From positions 248,001 through 312,000 of the forward strand of contig JAQGDQ010000203.1 of assembly GCA_030141605.1 (NCBI GenBank): a stretch of 64,000 nucleotides of DNA. Reading direction: 5' to 3'. The DNA comes from Tubiluchus corallicola. Its lineage: Eukaryota > Animalia > Priapulida. A program made the translations under genes and the position numbers. The number at the start of each line of letters is the position of its first letter. The first letter of the stretch is position 1. This document shows, piece after piece, positions 14,490-28,856 of the stretch. The notes under the pieces are model-generated. The model saw only the letters and a list, made by a program, of their open reading frames with translations. It was not told the origin of the DNA and searched no databases.

Positions 14490-14503
14490 GTTTCCATGGC
14501 AAC
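14490..14503. promoter_or_regulatory. RFX X-box motif upstream of RAB23
   Basis: GTTTCC-AT-GGCAAC is a near-palindromic match to the RFX/DAF-19 X-box consensus, ~1.4 kb upstream of the first coding exon. Confidence 0.5.
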
Positions 14504-16019
14504 TAATAGCGCGGTTAGTGATAGGAAAAGGTTTCATTATTTACTGGATCGATTGTTCATGCATCTGTATTATTGCTTCTGATCAATACAATTCAATTAA
14601 TAACTGTTCCTGCTGCAGTTCTTATAATCAATCAGCTCAAAACTAAGCAAGAATTATTGGGCGATTAATCCACATTCAATTATGTACCCATTTGGTATGT
14701 CCAAAGTTTCTAGAGATTGTCAGGTTTACCTTGTCAAGGAAAAAAGCAAGAAAAATAACTTTCTCATAATAAAAGGCAATAATAATATGACTCATTTATA
14801 GTTTATGAATGTTAAGTGATTTTTAGAATTCAAAAAGATAATTTAAACAGTGCAACTGTGCATTTAAGTTCTGCTTTTTTCTGAACAAAAATAAATTAAT
14901 ATTTTTAATAAATAATTTCATATAGTCACTAAAACAAGTGGCATCGTAACTATGTACTTTTTTATCAAAGGTACCTACATCAAAGGTGCTATACACATTT
15001 TGTTTGTCACTTGTAGGCTTACATGTGTGCAATTTCCTAATAAAATGTAGCTTAGGTCTGTTTGGTTTATTAGCTCTCATGCATTTTTAAGTGCACATGT
15101 TGATTGCTTTCCATTCTGCTATAGAGGTATAAAGTCTATAATAGACTTTTTTATATTTCTTTAATTCTACAGACCTTGGTGCAAGCTAGCTGGGAACTTG
15201 GGGCCCATCATAATTGTTCTCAGTTGGGCCCCACATCTCCTAAGCCCGGCCTTGTTTATTATATCATTATTGCTTTCATATATCTGCAACTTTTTCTTTT
15301 TTCTAAATACAGCATTTCAGTTTTTACTGTAACTATGTTGCTCCTTACACTGACCGTGGGCTATTTATCAACCAAAACACACTAGACCTTTATATTAAAT
15401 TTCTGTTACTCTGTGGTTATATCACAATTTGGCCCTTTCTTTTTCTCATTACAGAAAAAAGGGAGTTGATAAATTTGAAGGCCACTTTGGGCCTATCAGT
15501 ATTCACCAGATGTTACATTCACAATCAGAAGTGTGAACTTCTGTTGAATTTTCTGTTTTTCCTTACCCATCTTTGAAATAAGTTTTCAACTAGCCATAAT
15601 TTATGGGCTGTAGGGATTGTTGAATTAAATCAATTATTTATTTCAGGTTTCCAACAGGTTATATAAATAGAATTAGCAAAACACTCCTATATCTTCACCT
15701 GCCAGAGATGCAGTGTAGTTCTTCAGTTGGCCATGCTACCACGTGGAGCCTGTCATATCCTGTTTATACACAGAATCCAGAAAATAATGAAAAGTGACAC
15801 AAACTTTAGGTACTAACGGGAGTGGTCTTAGCAGACCTCCTTGAAGGACCTCGACTCATCATTTTTGTTTTTTCGCAGGTTGGCGAAGATGACTGCAGAC
15901 AGGATTTACAATTGAATTTTGTGCTTGAACTTTTACCGGGCCTCGGGGCAAGGCCGGTCAGCCACTTTCTGCAATCTCACACTTGAGTTTAAGCATTGAA
16001 ACTCAATGCGGTAAAAGTG

Positions 16020-19000
16020 ATGAGGGAGGAAGAGATAGAGACTGCCATTAAGGTTTGGTTCACTTAACAGACAATCTTTTTTTTCTGTTTAATGCTTATT
16101 CCCCCTTGCCTCCTTGGGGCAGTCTTATCATTGCAGATATATTCTTTTTTAATTTTATAGTTTTCCTTTTTCTGCACCTGTTATGATGGCACTGTAAAAC
16201 ATTAACACTGTTAAAAAACTTTGCTTTCCAGCCTTAAAATTTTATATGAATCCCTATAGCCAAGGATGCTACCATGTGCATATCTCATTAATAACTGGCA
16301 AAAAGTTTATGATTTTCAGCAAGGTTATAATTTTCAACAGCATTGAACTAAACTTTTCTCCTCAATTTCTCTTTTGGCCTGTTAGAGGTGTAGTGAATTA
16401 TAATGAATTCTGTCGTAAATTTCAGCTATGATTATCATAAAACAGTTGATGGAGAGCCAAGCATTACTTTTATCCTTCATTGGCCATTATTGACACAATT
16501 TTAGAACTGTGTAAGAGGATCCATTCTAAACACATCATTGACACAAAATAAAATTACTAATGTGATCTGAATTTGTTAGCGCTACAGCCTACAGGAAATA
16601 GGGGCCATTTGCCATTTCCATACAATGTGCTATATTTACTAGCTGAATAACCATGAAGTGCAGTGGACAATAGGGGAGTAAAATCATAAATGTGTTATTC
16701 ATGCTTCTTGTTCATGCTCAAAAGTAATGTTGTTACAGTTAATGTAGAAGTGCATAGATTTTACTAATGCTGCAATTTATTATTTAAAGTGCTATAATGG
16801 CATTATTAACTGCGGAATTGATTAAGTTTGATAATCACTGAGTTGCCAAAAGCTGTGACCAGCCATTGAATGCTTGTGCTATTCTCATAAATTAAAAATG
16901 TTAATGTGCAGATTGCATGTGTGCTATTGAAATAGAAGTATGAGTTCAAAGTGAATAAAAACTCTTTGTATTTGCAATAATTTGTGTTGCTCAATAAAAA
17001 GTGAATGACTCATTTTTATCCATATGAGTAATTTGTTTGTCTTCCACTAGGTGGTAATAGTAGGCAACGGTGCTGTAGGAAAATCATCTATGATACAGAG
17101 GTACTGCAAAGGCATTTTCACCAAGGAGTACAAGAAGACTATAGGTGTTGACTTTTTGGAAAAACAATTTCAGTAAGTGCTTTGTTTAACTGAGGTAACT
17201 CAGTTACTACAAGACCTATTGCAGAGTCTTTGTTGATAAAAAGTGTGCTTTAAAGTTTCTTTTAGGTCAACCATCCGTCTAACTCACATACTTCTAGTTG
17301 CAACAACTTGTAACAATATACCAGAATATCCAACAGTTGATCATGTTTTATTAAGTAGTTTTCTTGTAATTAAAGTCTTCTTGAAAAAGTGGACATCTGT
17401 CAGCTTGATGACTGTTGCAGAATTAACGGGGAAGATGTGCGGCTAATGTTATGGGATACAGCCGGTCAAGAAGAATTTGATGCAATAACAAAGGCATATT
17501 ACAGAGGCAAGTACCTTTCAAAGTTGCAAGCTTCTTGACTGCTTCACAGTTTTTATCACTATATGGCAATTGGGTGTGTATGGAAATCACAAACATATCA
17601 TAAACTAAATTTGCAAGCATGGTTAAAGCACCTTGCTTTAGTATGTAAACTTTAGGTATAATGCACATTATAAATGTGCAAGAAGAAAGTTTTTAACATT
17701 TTTATACAGTTTGGCACTCTGAAGCTGGAGTTCTAATGATTGTGGTAGGATTGGGACCTTGGTGTATCAGTCACATGCGGATATGAATACCACGTAAACA
17801 GCCATAAACAAACTCCTCAACAGTATAAACAGCCATAATTAAGCCGGCAGTAGCAAGTATCAAACCCTAGTGGTTACCTATCCATTTTCTGATTAAGCTT
17901 GACATTACTTAATTTCAGTTACTAAGTATGCACTGTTAACTCACTCAAAATTTTGGCTGTTGTCTGGATAGGTCTTAGCTTGTGTTTGTGTTCAAATTTG
18001 TAGTTTTCTACAAAGATTTAATTTCTTTTAGAAACTAAAGTTATTTGTTTAAATCAATTTTAAATCTGTACAGTAATGTGCCTGCAGTCTCGCATTTTGT
18101 TTTATAAAACTGACAGGCAAATAAGTATATTGTGTTTTTACTTTGCACTAAGCTAATTTCCATTTGTTTTGTGTTGGTCTTCGATGTTGATTATCTACAT
18201 GCAAGAAAACAGTTTGTTACCTTATTTGTGGGACACGTATGTCCAGCCTTCCGCGCTTCACGGTCGTCCTCTTTTCTTCCCTAAATTGCATTTATCTGCC
18301 GTGTTGTAATTTGCATATATTTTCCTTGACAAGCAAAATGACAGGTTAGACAAATTCATTCATTGTTCTGTAATAAAAGTTACTAGTTTTTCTAATTATT
18401 GGTTAGAAATTTCATCATGCCAGTTTGTTAGTGAAGTGAAACTATGTTACAGATAAACAAGTACGTGATATGGGGGGAAATTCTACTGTGAGTTGATCGG
18501 GGTGGGCAAATAAAATTTGTGTCTCTGCTGCTATGTAATTGATATTTCTTGAATGACATTGCCTGATTGAAACATAATTAATGATCTTCTATTAAACCTT
18601 GAATTAATATACTTCGTTGTACCATAATTAATCCATCGTTTGTTGAAGAATGGGGCATAGAAATAATTATGACTCCTATCTCAACTGCTTTCTACTCCTA
18701 TCTTTAGTCACATTGTTGTTGTTATACCATTTCAGGTGCTCAAGCTTGTGTTCTAGCTTTCTCTACTGTAGACAGAAGTTCTTTTGATGCAATAGAAAAA
18801 TGGAAAAAGAAAGTGAGCATTTTAGAATAATTAGATAAATATACATAAAGCAAATTACTGATCGTAAGTGATTCGCTTAGATACTACTTCTTTTTTGCTG
18901 TTCCTCCATATTTGTTAAACATTGAATGTTGACAAAGTGTTGGATACAAAACATTGTAGAGGAGCTTCAGAGGAGCTAAATGCACAATACTTGTTGTGAT

Positions 19001-22000
19001 GACAAAAAGTATAACAGTAGAATAGAAAACTTTAAATATTTATTGATGTAAAAGATTAAACAAAAATATCGGTAAAAATATAGGCATATAAGGTCTTGTA
19101 ACAGCCAACTAGTGAGAACAGAATGTAACAAAATTGGAGCAAACTGTTCACTATTGGGCTAAACCTGTTTTTAGAACAGGGTAACAGATAGGTAGAAGCC
19201 ATCTACTACATCAGTAGTGATTTTACAGATTACTGAGCTAATTACAATTTAAATGTAATTTTTGTAATTTTCTGGTCATTCACAATGTCAATACTTAAGA
19301 TTAGGTTTAAGTGAACAAGCGGTGACCAAGAAATTTTGTCTAGTGAAATTCCTGGGTTGTTCATATCCATGGCCATATCTAATGTTTAAGGCTGGAGGTA
19401 GATCCACGAATCAACTGTAGTTACCTGTGTACTTTCTTACATCCAGCCTGCCTCTGGGTCTGTACAATTTACAAGAATGATCTCTAATATTAGCTGCATT
19501 CCTCAAGGATGGCTCATCTTGAATGTTAGTTTTATTGATAATCTGAAAAACCTGAATCATGAAATTTTGCATATAAAATTTAGAGAATAGGCAATTCATG
19601 TTTTCTGAAAAGCTTCCTATTAATTTGTTTGCTTTGAGGAAAACTAGGTCATCTGTTAAAACAAGGTATCACTAGCAAAGACTTACAAAGCTCAGTGAAT
19701 TAACCAAGTGCCAAATAAATTAATCCACATTATTTAGGTTGCTATGGCAATGCGGTAATGATGATAGTTTAACTAGAAGTAGCACACCATTAATTATGTG
19801 CTGATTGTGCAATGGCTCTTACTAGCTTAGATTTTTGTAACAGCGAGGATCTTGTGATATCTGAGCTTACACAAACATTTTTGATTTTTAGTTAAATATG
19901 TTTTGAAACATCTATATTCATTTGTTTTAATGATAAATATACGTATTACATATATTCAGCATAGCAGTTTTATGAAGGTGATTAAAAAAATGTTTCTTTT
20001 ATTTTTCTGCTGTTATCATCACAAATGTACTTTTCAGATGTCTGTTGCCTTCATATATAATTAAAGCAACATTTCTGACTTATTAACTTGGTTTACTCTA
20101 TTAGCTTCTCAAACTCAGCTGTAGGCTTCGATCATCCATGATGTATAATCAATAGATTTAATTAGCTTCGTTTAGACTAAGCTTGCATGTAATTTATGCT
20201 GGTTCTTAATCATGTTGGTTTGTTTTGGCAGGTGGAAAGTGAATGCTCTTACATACCTACTGTATTGGTGCAGAATAAGATGGACCTAATTGATCAGTCA
20301 GTGGTCCCCAAGTAAGTGTTGATAAGTACTGTCTCCTATGCATGTATGGCAATGTAACGAAAGAGGGTGAAAGGTGCAAAGGAAGAATGATGTACGACAG
20401 GAAGGAAGGAGCAAAGGAAAGCCATTAGTGTAATTACTAACTTGGAGTATAGTGACATTTGGAATTTAAGGCTGTAGTTGTCTATCATGTAATAACATGT
20501 TATTGACATAAAATACAAATTGTTTGTGTTTTATATTACGCAGTAGTTTGCATTAATGGTTCTAACATAGAAGCTGTTCATATGTTTTCATCTCTAAAGT
20601 TTGAGCATTGAACAAACATGATATTGGATTGCCACGTTGCATTATTTTTTTAATATCCTCGTGTAGATTTTGCTGCTTATAGTAAAGTTGTAGGTGCGAA
20701 AGTGTAATCAGCAAAAGAAAATTGGTAACAATAGTAGTGTTATTTTTGATTAAAAAGCATTAACCATAAAATGGATTAATGTATTTTACTGCATAAATCT
20801 TGACACATTTGGATAAGTACAGTAGACACATACACACGTGCACAGATTAATGAAATTATTATAGTCTATCTAAGAATCACCAAAAGTGCACATAGTGCAC
20901 ACAGTTATTATAGATAAAACTAAAATCATAATATGTATGTTTGATGCATACTTATATATGTATATGTATACAGATTACTTTTGCATTTGTTTTAGGGAAG
21001 ATGCTGAAGGGTTAGCTAAACGACTAAAACTACGGTTGTATCGAACGTCCGTGAAAGAAAATTTACACATAGATGATGGTAATTAAATAGTACATGTTTT
21101 ACATGTATCATTGGCATAATAAACTGTAAAGAATGTAAGAACCTGGTTCTGTAATGCAAAAAGAACTTTTAAATTATGTCATTAGTTTAGAAGTGACAAG
21201 TAACAAGCTGTGCGCCATTTTGTATCACCAAAGTGTCTTGTTCTTTTTACAAAGTAATATATTGTATCACCATCCCAATGTACACCACTGGCTCACCAAA
21301 AAAACATTAATCTTTTTGACAGTATAAAGTAATTAATACTTTTCTTTAGTTAGTGAAGAGTTTGCTACTGCAAATGCTCTGATTATTTTTTCAAACTTTA
21401 CGCATTGTTATTTTTTATCTAAAGTTGTTTCAAACATCTGACTGTTCAAATGGCCATGCTTAATGGTCATTTCAAGGCAAACTTTTGAATTTTATTTATG
21501 AAAAGTGTTTTCTTGTCCTTAATGTCTTTTTTAATATTTTATCATTGTCATATTCCTTATTTAATATAATTTTTAAAATTCTTTCCATGTCATTTTGTCA
21601 GAAATGAAAATTTGACAAAGTTCTTGAAGAAATGAATCATGACATCATTCCCATTGAGAAACAACATGAATCATACTTTTGTCATCTTATAACCCTCAGA
21701 ACTATTCCACTAGAGTCCTTCAAAGCTGTGAATAACTGCAGTGCTAGATATTAAGATACTATTATTATTTATTTGTACATCAATGTACATTAATACCACA
21801 TGGTCATGCAGTACATTAGTAATTTTACAAATGTAATCAGTTACTGATTTATAATACATTAATCACAAAATTATACAATGGAAAAAACAAAGCAATAAAG
21901 AGACAAAAATGACAATAATTAACTTTAAAAGTTATACTTTAAAATACTATGAAATTATTTGCATGTGGTTAATCCTGCATAATAAACATTAAAATTTCAT

Positions 22001-23488
22001 TTAATTCAGTCAAGATAAGAAAAGAGAATTCTGCTGCTTCTATTGTATTTAAAATATCCATGGCCAGAGATGCACTAGAAGTTTGATCATCAGTTAGTCT
22101 GCATTCCTCTATAAATACATATGATTGGACAAGCTTCGGCTTAGATATCATCAATGCATAATCTATATTGTAATTTTGGCAGATGTACTTCACATTATTT
22201 CCCATATGTGATAGAACTGAATAACAACTTTGTCGAGCAACTTTGTTCTTTCCTGAAAATTAAATCCTGCTAACCGTTTCGTTAATTTTCATCTATTTAT
22301 TATTCTGTCCAGGGGAGGAGGCAGTCATTTCCTGACACCCTTACTCTTTATACATGTTTTTATAGAAAGACGTAGAGACGAGAATTGAGAATGTACGTCC
22401 TTCATTAACTTTTTGCAATAAGTTACATAAATTTGTTTGCAGTTTTCAGGTATTTAGCAGAAAAATATTTACAGCAGATGAACAGTTCAGTAGATGACTG
22501 TCAGATGCATCGTATTGGCGGGCACAGTAAGTAGAAGTTTCTCTGTCTTTAGTTCTGCACTTCTAGTGATTTTTTTTGCAAAGTACATGTGCTTATCTGG
22601 CAGTCAAGAGTAATAAATACGAAAGATATTACATAAGATACCTGTGTTTCATAATGTGAATTGTGCTTCAGAAGTAATACATTTTTCTGATTGAGTATCC
22701 AGTAATTAAATTTATGAAACTACTGCAAAGTAATACATAAAGTTAAGATGCGATGCAAGTGGACTGTACAGTTGTCTAATCATGCTGCTGTTTAAATAAT
22801 ATTTGAAAATAATAACTTTACTTAATGAATTAAAAGCTTACAAGTTAATCGTTGTTAAACCTAATTAGTAATTTGTTTGGAGACACACTGAATATTTCAT
22901 TCATTGAGTGTTGCTTTCTTGAATGAAGATACTTCAGGAAAGCAGTTGAAAGCCTTGGAGCCTTGAAAATTAACTAGTGTTGCTTTCAAGTAATGCATAT
23001 GCCTTTGAATGTATGATAAATGGTAAGATATTTTGAAGAAAATTATTGTGAAAATGTCTAGCAGATTGTTTTTAATCTTCACTAGCAGAAATTGCAGGTT
23101 TGCCTGTTGTAGCATAATGCTCATTAAATTTTGTTGATAGAAGACAAGTCATGTCACTTTGCAAGAATGAGTGTGCAACAGGAAGTGTTGCCAGAAGAAA
23201 CTTTCTGTAATTCAGTGCATTTTTATAGAGGCATATCTTGCTAGTAACATAGTATTTTTACTTTAGACATTGGTCTTGCTTGTGGCAATTTGTATAAAAA
23301 ATTGTGCAATCAAAGCACTGAAGTTCCTATATATGCTTGTTGTGCTAATTTGACATATTATTAATGCAGATGCGTTTGCAACTGGGAACGGGGTGCCCGG
23401 AAAAGGACGTGAGACGATCCAGCTTCATCCGAGCAAGAGGAGAACACAGGGAAAGAAATCTCCCCTTGGAAGGTGTAAGCTATTATGA
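16020..23488 (+). CDS. RAB23: Ras-related protein Rab-23 (8 coding exons, 227 aa)
   Basis: Exons 16020-16052, 17051-17172, 17421-17506, 18736-18812, 20232-20311, 20996-21078, 22443-22526 and 23370-23488 splice in consistent phases (684 nt). Translation [50 protein letters not shown]...[26 protein letters not shown]...VQNKMD...RTSVKE...CKLL* has the G1-G5 boxes and Rab23-type signatures, and ends in a single-Cys CAAX. Intron 3 uses a GC donor. Confidence 0.96.
19300..19600 (-). mobile_element. CR1-like LINE 3' remnant in a RAB23 intron
   Basis: [20 protein letters not shown] resembles the CR1 C-terminal TRGHxxKL...RLDxRK motif. Confidence 0.6.
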
Positions 23489-24108
23489 ACTATCCAGCTC
23501 CAGTCCTCGGCACTGCCTATACTAATCAAACGATGGGGAATCTTTAGTGCAGTTTACTTCTGTGATTACATGCAACACATTATGTCTCGTACATCTTGTA
23601 ATATCCTGTGTAGCTGAACGTCGTGTTCTAAGATGTGGTGCGTTCTCTAACATTGCGTAGAACATTATGTTATTTTGAAAAACTCGTAACACAGGTTTAA
23701 AGCAAAATGTAGATAGCTGACAATAGGTTCGTTAAGCGTATTTGAACATGTCCACTGTCTAGCAGTGCTAATGGCAACTGGTGCATTGTGGTTACAGATT
23801 ACTGCTCACAGTGATAAACTAAAAGGTGTGCATTGTAGCCATATTTGCCCTAATTCGGTACATCTTGCATATCGTAACGGAAAAAAGACGTATTTTTGAA
23901 CTCTGATGTAAAACTATTTGAGGTATTAAATATTGAAAGACAGAATGTTTTTCAAGAAAGATATGCTTCAAAGAAATATTACGGGGAGTCTAATTTTGTT
24001 AGTTAATTGTTGTCTAACATACTTCCAGCTATTCAGGTGGGTGACAGTGCAGGCTTGGATTTTGAAAACACATGCACAATAACAGTTTGTGCCTGATCAG
24101 AATGCAAC

Positions 24109-25089
24109 TTAAAAAACCTGGCTGAAATCTTGAATTATAGCTTAAAACAATTTACGTTATAAAATATTGAAAAGGAATGTATAATTTTTCAAAAATAACT
24201 TACATGAAGGAATTATTACCACAGAAATGCAATTTCCTATTCGCATGGCTAGTTCTTTGCTGTTACATGAGCACTACCGCTTGGAACATTTCGTTAAAAA
24301 CAGGTGTTGTACCTCTCAGTTCAGAGGTGTTCAGTGGTGATGTAGTATGCACGTTTGAGAGCACTTGCGTGAGCACAGCAATAAGCTTGAAATATAAATT
24401 CTAGACTTATAATTTGCCAAGTTTTTATATATCACACTGTATATTGTACAGTAGCACTGGACTTCAATTTTTGTTTTTGCAGACATATACAACACACACG
24501 TGCAATGTTTGAACTATTGAAACTTATGTTCAATTGTGATGTCATCACTAGTTGGGCTCGTTTGCTCTTCATTAAGTTTTTAATCTATTATTTAATTATC
24601 AGAAACACACTGTGACATCATTACCGATGTTAAAATGTATTCTTTTTCTGCAGTTCAAAACGGGGTGTGTTATGAAAAATCATCCTGTTTTTCTTTAATC
24701 ATGTCATGATGGCAGCATTGTTAGATTATTCATTAATCCAGTGATGAGCTTAAAATGTGAAATTGTCAATTTAAATTTGCGATGTTTTGTATTTAATTGT
24801 CAGTCTTATACAGTAGTGCCAAGCTTCAATTTTTGCTTTTGAAAATGTGTGAAACTCTCATGATGGTTTCTACATTTAGAAAAATTTTCTCACTTGTAAA
24901 CTCACCGTTACCTATGCTTACCTGCTGTTAATGAATTTTTTCATATAATTTCCGTAGTGCTCCCGTAGGTATAATATCACAGTCTCAATGTAAATCAGAA
25001 ACTTTTGGTAATTATTGTAGTTAATAAAATGTATGTCTGAGACCAGGTCAAAAGAGTTTGGTCTGAGAAATCATACTATTTTCCTTTAA
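24109..25089 (+). mobile_element. Same MITE family, copy 2 (24109-24698) plus a more diverged partial copy (~24750-25089)
   Basis: Alignable by eye to 1917-2501; TTAA at 24109, 24695 and 25086. Lies just downstream of the RAB23 stop codon. Confidence 0.68.
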
Positions 25090-28000
25090 ATAAATTATCA
25101 TCTAAAGACATAGTTTTAATATAATGACGAGTTTTGCACTGTGTTGCTGCGATTAGCGATGACCACTAATTTATATTAACAATGGACAAAAATTGTTTCA
25201 GATGAGCGGTCCAGTTCTTCCCACTAAATGACATTATGCTTATTTATGCTATTGCTGTCTGCCAGCGCTTTCATTAATTCATGGTTGTGCTAGAAAAATT
25301 GTGAACAGGGTAACTAACAGACGGAACATTATGCAATGTACTGTATTTTAGTACAAATGCCAATTACCAAATGCAGCATGCCCAGTGTCTAATTCATCCA
25401 CATGTGTTACAGTATTGTGTTCTATAATTCTCCTCTTTAAGACAAGTCATCTTACCATTATACTTCTACATTGTTTAACTGACAAAAAGAAACTCTAACA
25501 TATGTTTATTGTTTAACTTTGCATTTTGGTTATCACCAAGATCGTTTAATGTACTAACATACAATTTTATTGACTATATCTTACTGTGACATTTTTACTT
25601 TTTTATGTTTCTTTATTTTAGAAATGTTTTAAATAATGCCAACATTGATTTCTTGAACGTGTAACTTTACTTATATTTTATAATCTTTAATTTATTCAGG
25701 GTTCTTATTAGGGTCACCATAATTATTATTTTTGTACATAGCTTATTAACGTACATTTATTATTTTATGTAAAAATGATGTGCTTATTCTATTGCTTATG
25801 TTAGGACAATTTTAAAAAAATCCCTTAGGTCATTTATTAGCGTTTGATTTTGTTCATGTTAGATAAATGTCAGCAATACTTTTATTGCATACTTTATCAA
25901 AAATTGAATTTTTCATTTTTTGCCATAATTAGATTGTAATTCTAACCAAATAGAATAAACTGATAGTTTCAACGTCGAGATTAAATAAAAAGTACAGAGA
26001 ATTTTGTGATTTCAATAATTAAATTGTTTTTCGCTTCGCTTAATATCTTTTACAAACTTATTTTTCAACTTTACGAATTTGTAGTTCGATTTCTGATGAA
26101 GGACATTTTTGTATAACTGTGACTAAACAAAAACTTACGTTTGCTTACACTTACTGTTAAAGGGCAGTAAAATTCAATGACATATCTTGAAGATTTCTTG
26201 AAAAGTAAAATTAATTGCATAATAAATATTTTTATGGCTACTATTTGCTGTATTTGAGAACATTTGAGTCCAAATTTTTGGTTTTGTCATAAAAAAACGT
26301 GAATTGTACTGAGGCAAATTTATTTTGCTGTTAACATAAATACTGAACACATTACATTTATTTCAGGTGATAGTGCTATATTTCATTCATTTTCAGCACT
26401 AACTCACTAGTGGATTTCAGCAAGCCAGCCACTCAGTCAATTTCCCTCTTAAAACGAGAAATTTTTAGTACATGTGCACTTAAGTAATGATCTGATTTAC
26501 TATTTTGCATTTAATGACTTTGTTTCAAAACAGAAAATGGACTAGTAACATCTCCATAGTTATACATAAAAACTTAGTACATTATAAATTTACGAGTATC
26601 TTTTTATTTTTCACAGACGTATTACAGTACTGGTGTTACCATAACAACAATCATTAATCACACTACATGGTGGCACAAATGTTTTTAGACATATAATTAC
26701 AATATAAATAGGAATATCTAGCATAAATGCTATTACTAAACATATACATTATATAAATATACATCTGTTTTGTACGTACGTGCAACATGACATCATCACA
26801 TACTATAATGACTACACCAAATGGTGGTAACATTTACGTACTTCTTGAACATCACGAAGGGTAAAATTGAATTAAGTATAACCAAGGCAAATGAAGTCTG
26901 AAATTGCCAGTAGAGAAATTTCCTTTTTTTTACTGTGACTATAACCCAGTATTGTGAGGTCAGAAAATCGTTCAAACCATCTGCAACTATTCAACACTTA
27001 GCAAGCACTTTCTAAGAAAAGAACCTAGCTAGGACCACTAATGGAAGTAAACTGTGGAGCCTGTATAATATTGTTAATGAAACTGATTTAAACAAGTACA
27101 CAAACTTACTTCACTAGTAGAAAAAAAAGGTACAAGTAACGCAGAAATTCGAAATTCTGTAAATCCAGTCTAGCTTAGTCATTCAGGACTAGTGCAATAA
27201 ATAATTCAGAAACTTGTAATCATAACATAATAATGTAGCATTCAGAGTCGAGAGTTTTCTCTCAAAGAAACTTGCAAGTTTTATATCAAGAAATGTGCAA
27301 GTGTCTTCACACTAGAAAGCAGTGTCTGCTGTGACTACTCTAAGACAGTAATCATAAGCAAAACCTTATGACGGATAATGTAGCGACATTGAGGTTAAAA
27401 GAAATTTACTCTTAGCAAATTGATTGTCTTTGCAACAGCTAGGAACTGTCAAGAGGTTTCACAATGAAAACAGGTCGTGTCTCTATTCAAAGCGAGAAGT
27501 GTAGAAAAGATGCAGATAGTAAACTCGCAGCAGGGGCATTTACACTAAACAGTAATCAACTCGTAGCTCTTGTCTGCGACTTCGCAATTTCTTGAAACAA
27601 AAAAGTCACAAAGCAGTTATACAAACAAATTTGCTGTAAAATAGAAAATTCTGCCGTTGGCCCAAGTGCAGAAAATATATAAATCATGTGCAAACGAAAA
27701 AGCATTGTTTACAAAAAATTGCAAACTAAACCAAACTATAGGTATGGAATAACGGCTTGCTCATAAAACGGTAAGTTGTTTGAACCCCGCAACCAACACT
27801 TACATAAATTAGATATTGAAAAATCTGTAAAATACAAGGAAGAAATTGTAAGAACCTGCTTTATGTTACGGCACATTGGTAGACATTAACATCATCAAAA
27901 TTCTATAAGTTATTTACACCTTGGTAATTTATAAGTTATATACACAAGGAATCACAAAATTAAATGACTGATCAACTGAGTCGATGATACATGAACACAG

Positions 28001-28856
28001 TAATTAATAAACATCAGTTGTGCTGAAGGACAAATTGTGAAAAATAATAGTTCGGCGCTGAAATGCTTAACATTAGAATCCATTCGTGAAAAATTAACTT
28101 TAAGGCTATAAGAGTGAAAATTGTTCATAATAAAGCTGGGTGTGCAAAATTGTGTGTCAAAATAACAACCTAACACTTTTGCAAATCCAATGTTCATCCT
28201 GCATGATCGACATTGTGCACAAGAGCAACTCCACAAAATCATATTTAGAAAAACGTGAAAGAAAATAAATCCAAAAATCAAACTACTTGTTGTTACTAAA
28301 ATCTCTTAGGAATTCTAAAAATGCAATTATTCGATTTGTGTGCAGCTAAGAATAAAGGAAAATTAATATAATGGATTGAACTTCTAATAAAACAGAAATT
28401 TCAAGTATTAATAAGTTTCTTAACGTAAGAGCACTGGCTAGAAACTAATAATGAGATAATAATAATAATAAAACTATAACTATATTTTTACTGTTAACAA
28501 TGTTCATAGACTGATAACAAAAACATTAATAGTAGCTAGTTTGGCAAAACTTATAATGCAATACTTCAACATTTGCAAAAAGGAATCAGTGCACATTCAG
28601 CCTGTTTTTGTATCCTCTAAATCCATATTTAAGAATCACTAGAAAACCAGAAAAACAAGAAAATGGTAGTTATGTATTATGAATGGACGAATTACTTGGT
28701 AGATGAACATGTTCCAAAAGAAAGTGAAATCAAAATTAAAGTCACGTATCCATTCTTAACTCCTGGCTCCGATCCTATGACTAAAAATAATGCATTACAT
28801 ACAATGGCTGATTATATGGAAGCTCACTATCAAATAGTAGACGCACAGTGAAAAAA

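Noticed and set aside
26600-28856. ORFs 27952-28281 and 28663-28851
   Set aside because: AT-rich chance ORFs in the presumed UBE2W 3' UTR with no motifs.
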